Positions 38,184 through 48,626 of a stretch of DNA of 64,000 nt are shown in pieces. Source of the stretch: Amoebophrya sp. A120 (taxonomy: Eukaryota; Protista; Dinoflagellata); the NCBI GenBank assembly GCA_905178155.1, contig CAJINV010000010.1, positions 3,120,587 through 3,184,586 on the forward strand. The letters run 5' to 3'. Below the pieces are notes generated by a model, which was not told the origin of the DNA, searched no databases, and was given only the letters and a program-made list of their open reading frames with translations. Numbering within the stretch: the first letter of the stretch is position 1; each line of letters opens with the position of its first letter. A program made the position numbers and the translations under genes.

Positions 38184-40396
38184 TCACCAAAACGACCAAA
38201 GCGCGCAGGTACTAACACTCACAGACACAGCTTCCAACCTGCTCAATAAAACGCTGCGAAGCCCAACGCCATCGCCATTGTTGTCGTGATGGTACTTAAT
38301 CGCGGCGATCGGGCTGCTAGACTTGTTTCGGGCAGCGGACTTGTTATGGCGTTCTCAATTGTTACAGTCTCAGCTGTTACATGATTTGTCATGCAAAATC
38401 ACATCAGAATTAACACGATCAAGCTGCTTCGCATGACAAATTCTCGAAGAGGCAAACAGGCTGAGAATCTGCGCCGAGGAATCTGTCATGCAATACGCGC
38501 AAGGTCACGACCCCTTTTAGTTTTGCCGTTCTTGCATCACAAATTCATGCAACAGCTGAGACTCTAACGTTTGAGAACGCCATACTTGTTCGCTCCGTCG
38601 TCGGTTTCCATTTTCGCAGCTTCCGTTTTCGCTGTGGATGTGGATGTGGTGGTGGTCGTCAGCCACTGGGCGTTTTCTGCGTCCAGGCTCCATGCTGGCG
38701 CGTACAGCAGGGCACCGCAGATGGTAAGCTTGTCTAAGCCAAATTTATATTTATTGCCACTTGGACTAGCTGGTAGTCGGTGAATCGGCGCGAGTACGTA
38801 CACTCGTTTGACCGGCTGCGTCACCGGGAAGCTGCCTTCCGCGGCGCCGATCTTGCTTTGCGTTCCCTCCTCCTGCCCGGATGCAACTGCGCCGAGCTGG
38901 ACGTAGTCTTTGCCCGCTTCGAGGTTTCCGGCGTGCAGCTTCGCGTACAGCTCCTTCCCGATTTCAGCCGCCCCCGCCGCGTCGACGGCTTCCTCATCCG
39001 CTATGGGATTCTCAAATGTTACATTCTCAACTGTTACATGGATTTGTCATGCAAAACTACCATAAGCCGCCAGATGATCAAGCTACTTCGCATGACAAAT
39101 CTCCGACTCCGAGGGGACAAACAGCATCTAAATCTGTGCCGAATCTGTGATGCGAAAGCAGCAAGCTTGCCACCTTGACTCTTGCTGTTCTTGCATTACA
39201 AATCCATGTAACACTTGAGAATGTAACAGTTGAGAACGCCATATCATCCGCCTGGAGAGTCGGGTCGAACCACACCGTGGCACTGTCCAATCGATCGCGG
39301 TAGCCGTTTATCAAAAGTAAAAATGTCTGGGTCTGGAAACTTGTGATGCTGGGTGGCGTCTCATGATGAGGCTACTAATGCTGGCTCAGCATGACAAATT
39401 TCTGAGCTCCTAGGTGTTGCCTATTCTGCATGACAAACTGTGCTTCTGCATCACAGAAAAACGGAGAACTTGGGTAACGTGCATGACAGATTTAAGAGTC
39501 ATGCCAGACAAGCATGACAAACATGAATTCTTCCAGACCCAGACATTTTTACAGTTGATACCGTTGTGCCGGTTGAACAGATCGAGCCGGGTCAGGTGCT
39601 GCGGCTTCCCGTCGGCAAACTGCACGCGCCACCAGTTCAATCCATCTTCCGGGTGGACTTCCGTGGCGCTGGTTGGCCCGATCACGTTGCAGGTGCCACC
39701 TTCGGACCAAGATGTGCCTTGTCCGCTCTCGTACTTCAACGGCCCCGCTTGGTTTTGGTACTCCAGGGGGGTACTCGCTTCCACCAGCATTTCAGCTGGA
39801 ATGAGCACCTCGTCCTCTGTCCTCCGCCGACCGGTGTTTTTGCTGCTTTTCTTGTTCTTCTCTTGTCGCAGCATCGACATCAAGTGTCGCCTCGCTGGTT
39901 TCACCACGGAAGAGGAGGTGGAAGAAAAAGAAGAAGTGCCTGATCCTGTCGTCGTTCCGTTAACCTAGTTGCTCGTCCTCATTTGTACTACGACCTGTTC
40001 GTTTGTTGCTCCGCTTCTTGTCGTGCCCTCCTCGGGTGAGCCGACACTTCTAGTAGTATTTTTATTTGCTGAAGCAGCTTGTATTGCAGCTTGGGCGTTC
40101 TTCATAGAAGTAGACCTGCTGGAGCTGGTAGCGACTACTTCTCTCTGCAGCTGATGGGATCTTTTACTTGTTTTAGTCGATGCCATTTGACGAGTTTGAT
40201 GTTCCTCCTCGCGCTGCAATAACGCGGACGCTGCTTCACCTGTTGGGGTCAGCAGTACTGACGTTTTTGGGGTAGTAGAGTGGTCGACATCGTCGCGCCG
40301 TCGACCGTGGAGGTGGGGGTCCAGCGCGGTCGTAATAACGCCAGTCAGCACGCCGGACCAAGCGCAACACCTCCAAAATGGTGTTGCTGGTGACAT
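38184..40396 (-). CDS. Secreted protein with F-type lectin / F5-8C (discoidin)-like domain, 3 introners
   Basis: Signal-like N-terminus; HPEDGLNWWRVQF..LTRLDLFNRHNGYRDRLDSATVWF..VKRVYV..LTICG matches the WWxVDL..NRxD..RL..LCEV pattern. In-frame TAG at 39965 implies a short intron. Confidence 0.6.
38345..38584. mobile_element. Introner family E (TIR tatggcg[ttctcaactgttaca]x2)
   Basis: DR CTTGT/CTTGT. Confidence 0.88.
39002..39243. mobile_element. Introner family E with 8-bp direct repeat
   Basis: DR TCATCCGC/TCATCCGC. Confidence 0.88.
39309..39560. mobile_element. Introner family A
   Basis: DR CCGTT/CCGTT. Confidence 0.9.
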
Positions 40397-41378
40397 TTTT
40401 TGTTTTAGCGTTTTGCAGCTCTGTGCAATTCACCACGCTTGCGCTTGGTGATAAGCGCTTTTCTGCCGCCGCCACGCAAATGAGTGCACAACTAGAAGAT
40501 AGAGGCTCTTGTCAATATACAACGCAATAACACTAAACGCAAAACAGTTTCTTCAGCGAGCACGTTTTTTGTTGAGACGCCCCGATGTTGAGTGTTGTTT
40601 CTTTTTTATTCGTCCCGCGGCACAATTATCGATCATAATTTTACTGCATCGACTCGACCACTCACTCGACGTCGATAATTCCATCGACATGTCGCTCGTC
40701 TGTATCTCTACTCCACCGTGTCCTCAGTAGCATTCCCCATTTGCAGTTCCACATTAATTTGATGACCTCAAAAGTAAAAGGAACCCTCTCGGTGCAACGA
40801 CCGTCGACCCTCCTCTGACAAGCAGTAGTTTTGAAGCAACCAATAATTTTTGCACGAGGAACAAGCAACACTCGAAAAACAACGAAGACCAACTGTTTCG
40901 CTGTCTCTCAAGTAGTCGTCGAGCGAACGAGTAAAATCAGGGTTTTAGATTCTGTTTCTGATTCTGTTTCTGTTACTTCATCCTTCATTTATAGATTACA
41001 TGTCCCGGTGGAAAAGCCACAAGCACAATAGTGATTTTCTTATAAATATGTCGAGCCGAAAGCAGTGGCAGAAAGCGCGCAAATTTCCTCTACCGAAACA
41101 ATATGCTGGAATGACAATGAGTCGACGATGAGATCTTATGTATCTGTCGCGGATTGTTCAAGGAGCTCGTCCCTTAATAGTGTGAAAATCGTCTCCGTGG
41201 TGCTACATGGGTCATCTCTTGTCGCTTCGCTTATATAGAATGTCGCTGTATGATTTTGACAAATGCAGCGTCGACCCCCCTGAACTCTGAAGAAGCAGAA
41301 GCGTGTCGGCGCCGAGGTGGATCGTGTCTGCTGCCGTTTCAACATGTAGGAATCGAATCCCAAACGACCACCGCGGCC

Positions 41379-44300
41379 TCAATATGATTGTCCCCCAGCG
41401 TAGCTGTAGCTGCTGCCATCAAGTAGTTCTCGCCAGTAGTACTCATCCTGGTAAAAGTCTCGATACCTCGTCACCGCTGCGTCGTCTCCGTAGCACATGC
41501 GGCACCGGCAGCCGCTGCGGTGCTGCAGATGCTTCGGCAGAAGCCGATCCCGGGCGAGGAGCGGGACGAGGAGAGGCTTTTGACGTGCTTGCGGTGTTAC
41601 TTCTGATCGCCTTTGTCTACTGGGTCGTGCTTCATCATCATCATCGTCCACTTCATGGGCTGTTGATTCGGGTTCTTGCGCCCAAACTTCTCTTTGAATC
41701 TGGTCGGAGCAAGGTTTATAATTTACGGCGTTTTTGATATCCTCAGGACGACCGGGTCCTGATCTACTTCTCGTGAAGTTATCCTGTAGCTCTTGACCCG
41801 CTCCGAAAAGCCGACTTCTCTTCTCACGGGAAGACGGCGGCAGGGCAACATCATCAATATGAAATGTAAAAATGTCTGGGTCTGGAAGAGTGTGAACTTG
41901 TCATGCAGGTTTTCCCTGACCCTTGAGGTCTGGAATGCGGGGCCTAGCATGGCAGAGTCTGAGAGGTCTCTTTCATGCCTATCCTGCATGAGAAACTCCC
42001 TCCGACCTTGGTCGAAAGTGGCCAGCTTTTGGCACTCATGCAACACAGATTTTTGCATGATTCGGATTTAGCATGACAAGTTGCAATCTTCCAGACCCAG
42101 ACATTTTTGCATTTGATAATCAAATTGAGCGTACGACGGGTCCCGTATGTTCCCCAACTGGTTCCAGACCAAGGCCCGTTAGCATGAGAAGTGGTGAATT
42201 TGTAGTGGATTTTGCATGACAAATTGCAGATGAGTCCGCCGGGACATTGTCCCTCTTGCCCTTCTGGGAAGTGGGTTCTGCACACCGCAGAAGTCAAGGC
42301 TTATGCGGCGGGCAGCTTCCAGGCCCTGGGTGCCGTTCATCTTTGGCCATGTGTATTCGTCTCCCTGAGCTCGCATAAGATTACTGCAGCAGCCGCGGCA
42401 AAGACGCCAAAAAGCAAGCGCTGCGAAGCAAATGCAATTAGGCAAGAAGGCGCTTGTCTTTCCTCCTCGGCCCCACTTCCCAGGGCCTACCTGTGCGCTT
42501 TTTTGAGCACTTTTCTGCGCTAAAGTTTGCTTATCACGGTCGAAAAGGGGGGCCCGGTGAATTTTGGGGTGAATTTTGAAAAAACCGTGGGTGAATTTTG
42601 GCCCGAGGTGCCTATTCAAAATTCGCTAACGCACGAGAAACTTCGGGTTTTGGGGCTAAATTCACCAAGAGAATTCCTGACCTTGGGGTCACGTCGAAAA
42701 GGCCTCGCTCCGGAGGCAAAAACACGCCTGGGGAGTTGGGAGCAGAGCACAGCAGGCGAAGCAAGCTACCGTCCGCGGCCGAATCGTGCCTCCCCTTCCA
42801 CCTGAGGCTGCTCCCAGATATCCAAGTCCAAGCCGAGCCAACCACAACTCGTGAGGGCATACATGTTGAACTAGTGCCCGTGTGTTCATCAGGCGTCGCC
42901 CTCCCTTTCGACAATTCCGGAGAGGAACTTCTCAGGCAGACGCACAGAAGAGTAAGAGCCACCCGATCCACCTTCTTTGGTTACATACGCACTACACAGC
43001 CCGGCGAGCGAGCCCCCGCAAGACCACTTCTTTCGGTCCTGCAAGCGCCACCACGCGACGAGCAGCCCTTCACGCTATGCGGGATGCTTGGGCTCGTGTG
43101 TCTAATACCTAGCGCGCTTCCCTTTTAAGTACTTAAATCTAAATGCAAGTCATGCAATACAAATTCACTGCAAATTCACCCTTCTGTACGCTAACGACCG
43201 TCCAAGGCATAACAAATTGAGCGTAAGACGGGTCCCGTATGTTATCATGATGGAGTTCTCAACTGTTACATTCTCAACTGTTACATGAATTTGCGATGCA
43301 AGAACAGCGAAAGTGAAAGGGAGCACCTTGCAGCTCTAGCATCACAAGTTTGGCACAGATTTCCATGCTGTTTAGCCCTTCTGAGATTTGTCATGCGCAG
43401 CCGCTTGGTCGTGCGGTTGCTTATGGCAATTTTGCATGACAAATCATGTAACAGTTGAGAATGTAACATTTGAGAACGCCATAATCATCAAATCCGTGGA
43501 ACCAGCTTGGGAACATACGGGACCCGTCAGCGTAAGACGGGTCCCGTATGTTCCCAAGCTGGTTCCAGACCAAGACCTCGTCTATCCTGTGCAAAAGTAT
43601 CGTACTCGTACTAATCGCATTCATGCATTACAAATCTTGCTGTTAAGGTAAATCCGCATTGCAAATTTTCTTTCTCATGCTGAGGAAATTTGTCATGCAT
43701 TTATACGAGTACGATACTTTTGCAATGCATATCGTCGGCGCAGCTGGGGTCGAAAGCACGCTTCCAAGTGCAGCTCTTGCTCGTCCGTAAAACCACCAAA
43801 TCTCCGCATCCGTTCACCGAAAAACGGAATCCGGGCTTTTTCACGCGGCGCAAGTCGGAAAACTTATTTGTCGCGGCGGCCCGGAAGTCATTTTGACGCC
43901 ATTCGTCTTCTTGAGAAGACGAACAAGGGCCTGCAAAGCTGCTGGTAGAAGAAGTTTCAGGTTGTCTTGGTTCATCGTCATCTTCCTCGGCTGCATCTAC
44001 TTCATCGTCTCCCCTGGAGGTGCTCTCATCCGGCCGCTTCGCGGTGTTCAGGAGTCGCATGCCAGTCGCGGACGGGAACTTCTCATGCCACAGCGGATTG
44101 TCGTCGAAAATCTCCGTCCAGTCGTTTACACAGGAAGGCTCTTCGTCCTCATCTTCATCTTGATGTTCATCGTGAGGACGACCACCATCTTGTTCGTGAA
44201 GATAATTATCACCGTCCTGATTTTTCTTCTGCAGGAGTTGTATTGCCTCGTTCTTCTCGGCAATTGTCCCGTGCGTCAGGTGCTTGGTCAAAAAGTCGCG

Positions 44301-46507
44301 GAACCATAGCAAGTCTTTGTTGCCGCGGTCTTCTTGTTCGAAAAAAAAATCCTTAATGCGGTGATGCGCCGCTTCGTGGAGGGACAAAGTGTTCTTTTTC
44401 CTGGGCTGATATCGTCCTCGTCGTTGATGGTCAGCACCACCAGTCGTGGTTTCATCCTCGTCATCGTCCAAAAGGCAATTGGTCGGCCGGTCCACGAGAA
44501 TTTGGGGAAAGACCAGATGGTATGAGATTTTGTAAAAGTCGAGTTTTTTCAATTTTTTTTTGTAGGAGTTTTTGTGGAAATCTTGATCTTGATCTTGCTG
44601 CGCCGCCGCATGGAAATCGAAATCCTTCTCGCCTTCCTCGAAGCACTTCGTCCGTCCGTGACTCTGGAAGCAGAAGCATTCCACTTCCCAACTGTGGTCA
44701 TCGACGCGCGAGCCTGGGTATCCTGTGCAAAAGTATCGCACTCGTAGTAATTGCAGCCATGCATAACAGATCTACTTTCTATAGGGAAAACAGCATCACA
44801 AGTTGCATTTTTGTTCTTGAGCAAATTTGTCATGCAGTTTATACTAGTACGATACTTTTGCAATGCATACCGGGCAAAGCGTCGCGACCGCTTGAGCCAG
44901 CAGGTGGAAAAACTGCTTCTCTTTCTCCTCCGTCCAAAGGGTTGCTTCGTAGACAGAGTTATCAAATGTAAAAATGTCTGGGTCTGGAAACTTGTGATGC
45001 TGAGTGGCGTAGCATAAGGAGGCCACAAGTGCTGGCTCAGCATGACAAATTTCTGAGCTTGTAGGTGTTGCCTATTCTGCATGACAAACTGCGTCTCCGC
45101 ATGACAGAAAAAAACGTTTCTTGGGCAATGTGCATGACAGATTTAAGAGTCATGCCAGACAAGCATGACAAACATGCATTCTTCCAGACCCAGACATTTT
45201 TACACTTGATAAGAGTGGGATGTTGGCGGGGGGGTCGTTCTTGAGGAAGGAACAGCAGGAAGGTCTTTCTGGCCAGTTGTACACGCGGGAGGAGCGGATG
45301 AATTACTCGGTCGCTCTGTCGCGGTTCTCTCTGTCTCGTCAGCAACCGCGGCTGCCCATATGTCGACATCGAGAAAGAGCGGGTACTTTTCGGGTTGCTT
45401 CGCGAGCAACACCATGGGGATATTAATTTTCTCCAGATACGCCAGGTGCCGGTACAGGACTCGTGTGTCACTGTCCTTGTGTTCCGCATGACAAACTGCG
45501 GGGGCCGCATAGTCCTCCTCCTCCCCCTCTCGGAGGTGAAACCGCACAAAACCATCCCCCTCGTCCGTCGTGAGCCAGTCGCCTTCCACAGTAAAGTAAA
45601 AGTCATCGATGAGGTCTTCAGATGGTGGAGCGGATTGCTCATGATCTAGATCGATTTGTCCTGTAGAAGTTGTTGAGGTAGCAACGACCCTATGACGCTT
45701 CAAAAACGACTTCGCTACACGTTGGTCGAAAAACTCCGCGATTTCCCGAAGCTTTCCCTCGTGCTCCTTCTCGTCCAAAAAGATGCCGCGCTTCTCGAGA
45801 ACGCGCGCGCAGAAGGTGGAGGGATGTGTCTTCGGTGAACGAAGTGGCAGTCGTCCTGAAGCAGGTTGGGTAATATGGGTCGTGTCCCGGGCCTGTCGTG
45901 CAAGATCATGAGCATCCTGTTCGGGAAACCAGATCAGACTTTTTTTGCTCTTTTTTCTTGATGTCGTGCCATCCACTTGTAGCTTCGCGGCAGCAGATTT
46001 GATGGAAGACATCATGACACCACCAGGATGGACGCCGTCGCTGGCAGCTGAGTCGTGGTCGTGCGATTTTTGCTCATCCCCCGAAGTGGCTTGGTGTCGG
46101 GAGGGACTAGATGAAGTACAAGTAGTTGCTTGAGTCGTTGTCAGCAAGAGGGGCGAAACTGTGCCTGGCGTCTTTGGTTCCGCAACACAATTCCAATTGC
46201 CGTTCCCAAGTTCTCGTGTCAACGAATGGTCTTCCTGGACGCGATTCTGGGCGGGAAAGGTGCTCGTAAATTCGTCGTCTGAGTCTCTGTAATCTTCTGG
46301 TCGAACGGCTTCTTGGTGGTGTACTTCTGTAGAAGTCGTTGCAAGAATTTTTCGCGTCTTCACTACGTGGTCCTTGTGCTCAGCAGCGCGAGCAAGATCG
46401 TGGTCCAGCTGCAGTAGTACATTAACACTATCTTCCGGGTGCAGGTTGTAATCTTCACCTCTACATGGACCTCCGACTCCACCAATCTGCTGTTCTTGCC
46501 CGCCCAT
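41379..46507 (-). CDS. Archaeo-eukaryotic primase superfamily (PrimPol/viral-primase-like) protein, ~1010 aa, 6 introners
   Basis: AEP motifs in order: YPLFLDVD (DxD), KISYHLVFPQI (SxH), IFD..GMRLLNTAK; 5129-2096=3033 nt. Confidence 0.72.
41858..42118. mobile_element. Introner family A
   Basis: DR ATCAA/ATCAA. Confidence 0.9.
42178..43195. mobile_element. Long (1018-bp) element, family L, ends GTTAGC...GCTAAC
   Basis: ~45-bp imperfect TIR; DR GGCCC/GACCG; in-frame removal. Confidence 0.75.
43249..43483. mobile_element. Introner family E
   Basis: DR ATCAT/ATCAT; left end GAT. Confidence 0.85.
43497..43567. repeat. Perfect 32-bp-stem, 7-nt-loop palindrome inside a predicted exon
   Basis: tggaaccagcttgggaacatacgggacccgtc-agcgtaa-gacgggtcccgtatgttcccaagctggttcca. 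Confidence 0.95.
43583..43731. mobile_element. Introner family B
   Basis: DR TCGTC/TCGTC. Confidence 0.9.
44719..44869. mobile_element. Introner family B
   Basis: DR CTGGG/CCGGG. Confidence 0.9.
44960..45211. mobile_element. Introner family A (close to 39309 copy)
   Basis: DR AGAGT/AGAGT. Confidence 0.9.
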
Positions 46508-48626
46508 TTTTGTTGACAGTTAGTGCCTATCACAATGAAAAACCGTGAAGAGGAGGGTGAAAATCTAAATAATGATCATGATGTAGTACTGTCTTCTCTC
46601 CACTACTCAGAGACAACCGTAAAATTAAGCTGAAGTGCGGGTTAGTGATAGTGTCAGCCTTGGGGGGGGCTACTTACGTGCTGTGGGGTCGCTGAGGGTA
46701 AAAACAACTTGAGGAGCTTGTTTCTCCGAAAAAAAAATGTCCACGTTGTTCCGCCAGTCATATCCACACTCTTCCTTTACTAATTCTACGTATGATCAAG
46801 ATCATGAAAAGACCTTGTAAAAGGCGAACCACCCCCGGTGGGAACAAGAACTTTTTTGATCAAACGACTAGACAAGGCGCATCAGATCATCCTTTCTTTG
46901 GTCGAGGAACACGACTACGCTGATACTATCCTCGGAGAACACGAATTCTTGCAACAACAGGGGGTACTTCCTGCAAAGTGGAAGTAAGTGCAAGCCAGCA
47001 CATGATCTTTCACTGGCTATCATTTTTGTAACAAAATCAAAAACGGTCTCTACTTGATTTGCTCTTCACCCTCATATTCCGCCCACACCAATGTTGAATC
47101 AGGCGAGACGTGCCGGATGCGGATTGTTCCTTTCGTATAGTCGTAGCAGCATTACAAGATTGGTGCTCGGAGAGGATTTTGCGAGAGGGAGAGCCGACGA
47201 GCAGAAGCACGGTTTCTTATCAAACCAGCTAAAGTGAAGGTCAAAAAAGTCATCAATGAATAGGACATGAGTTGTACATTGTTCCTTGTTCAAAGCAATG
47301 CCTACCTGGGACGAACCACAGGTGCATTTTCAAATCGCGCAAAGACAGAAGGTAGACAGGCATTTGGTTAAACATAAACATTTGAAGATCATGGCCATGC
47401 CAATGGTGTGTTCTCGTGATAAGCATAAGGATAAGCGTATCAAGCCAAGTAATAGTAAAATAATTGCGTAAAGCACGGAGTTGTAAGTACTTTTACATAA
47501 CGAACCAGGGAAACAAGTGATAACTGTAATGAGCATCACGCTCGTGAAGAACCTGACGAGAGACGGCGTAGTTCGAGCTTCTCGTGAGTAGTGTCTGAAA
47601 CTAGAAATGCGTTCTTGAAGACGTTGCAGCGAGTGAGTAGAGCGAGAGTGGCAAGCACGGGTGGGATGTAGTACTACTGACTACTGCTCAATGCTGGAAA
47701 TCGTTTTCCTACCGAGGCAGGAGATATCTTTCTTGTCCCATCAACTGCTAGACGCAGCCGATTACAACAAGAAAATGGATACATTTCATTTGCCTCCGTA
47801 ACTGTTAAAGAAAAAAAACACGAGCGCAAGACCACGCTGGTGCTATATTCCGATGATCAAGAATCGTTGAGCGATCTGTAGTTTTTACCGTGCATCAAGA
47901 AAGCACTTGGCAAAACTTGTCGCCAGCTACAGCTTGAAGATCATCCTTTCTACCTCTAAATTTATCGAAACCTATCTCTGTACTTAGTTCGACTACAGAA
48001 TCTAAAACACTGCTGGTTTCCGCTTGATTTTGAAAGAAAGACAAACAAAATATCAAGGGGCGCTACTCTCGAAAGAACTTCACCTTGGATTTCACGCCGA
48101 CAATGAGATGAAAAGACGACATCTCATGCAAAACAAACAAAAGTGGAAACTAGAACTACTAGTAGTCGTTGTTGTACGCATTTACATTTTTGATTACACG
48201 AGCGCAAGAGGACCGCACTGGTGGTTTCAGAACTTATAATTCTAGTATAGCCAACACCACCTGCTCAGTACCAGTAGCCGACTCAGATGAAAACAGAACT
48301 TACTATAACTACTCAGCAGGAGCAGAGAGCAAGTGCCGTTTTTTTCGCACTACACTTGACCTAGCAGTAGTACTGGATGTCGAGCAACATACACAGGAAA
48401 ATAGAAGTAAACGTAGAAAAGTCTAGATTGATTCATTTGTAGTGAGCTACATCAACTCAAATTTTCTGGAAGACCCGGAAAAAAAACTTCATCTTCCAAA
48501 ACTATCCAAACAAATTCCAAAAAAAATGCTGTACACCTCAAATTTAATCGTCTTCAACGCCTCGCATGCATCTCATACATTACATATTGAAGATAACATC
48601 AGAAGCACAACGCCTCTAGTTCCTAA

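Larger units (their letters stand above)
37415..41450. repeat. Diverged ~700-bp direct duplication (37415-38113 and 40724-41450) bracketing the lectin-like gene
   Basis: Colinear from tcagtagcattccccatttgcag to gccagtagtactc.tcctg; includes the last codons and 3' flank of the AEP gene. Confidence 0.85.

Noticed and set aside
44960-45211. TGCATG as an RBFOX-type splicing enhancer
   Set aside because: The motif varies at the critical position (GCATT, GCATC) and occurs on both strands, which does not fit UGCAUG recognition.
46700-48620. Possible decayed coding or transposase relic
   Set aside because: Only short stop-interrupted ORFs without recognisable similarity.
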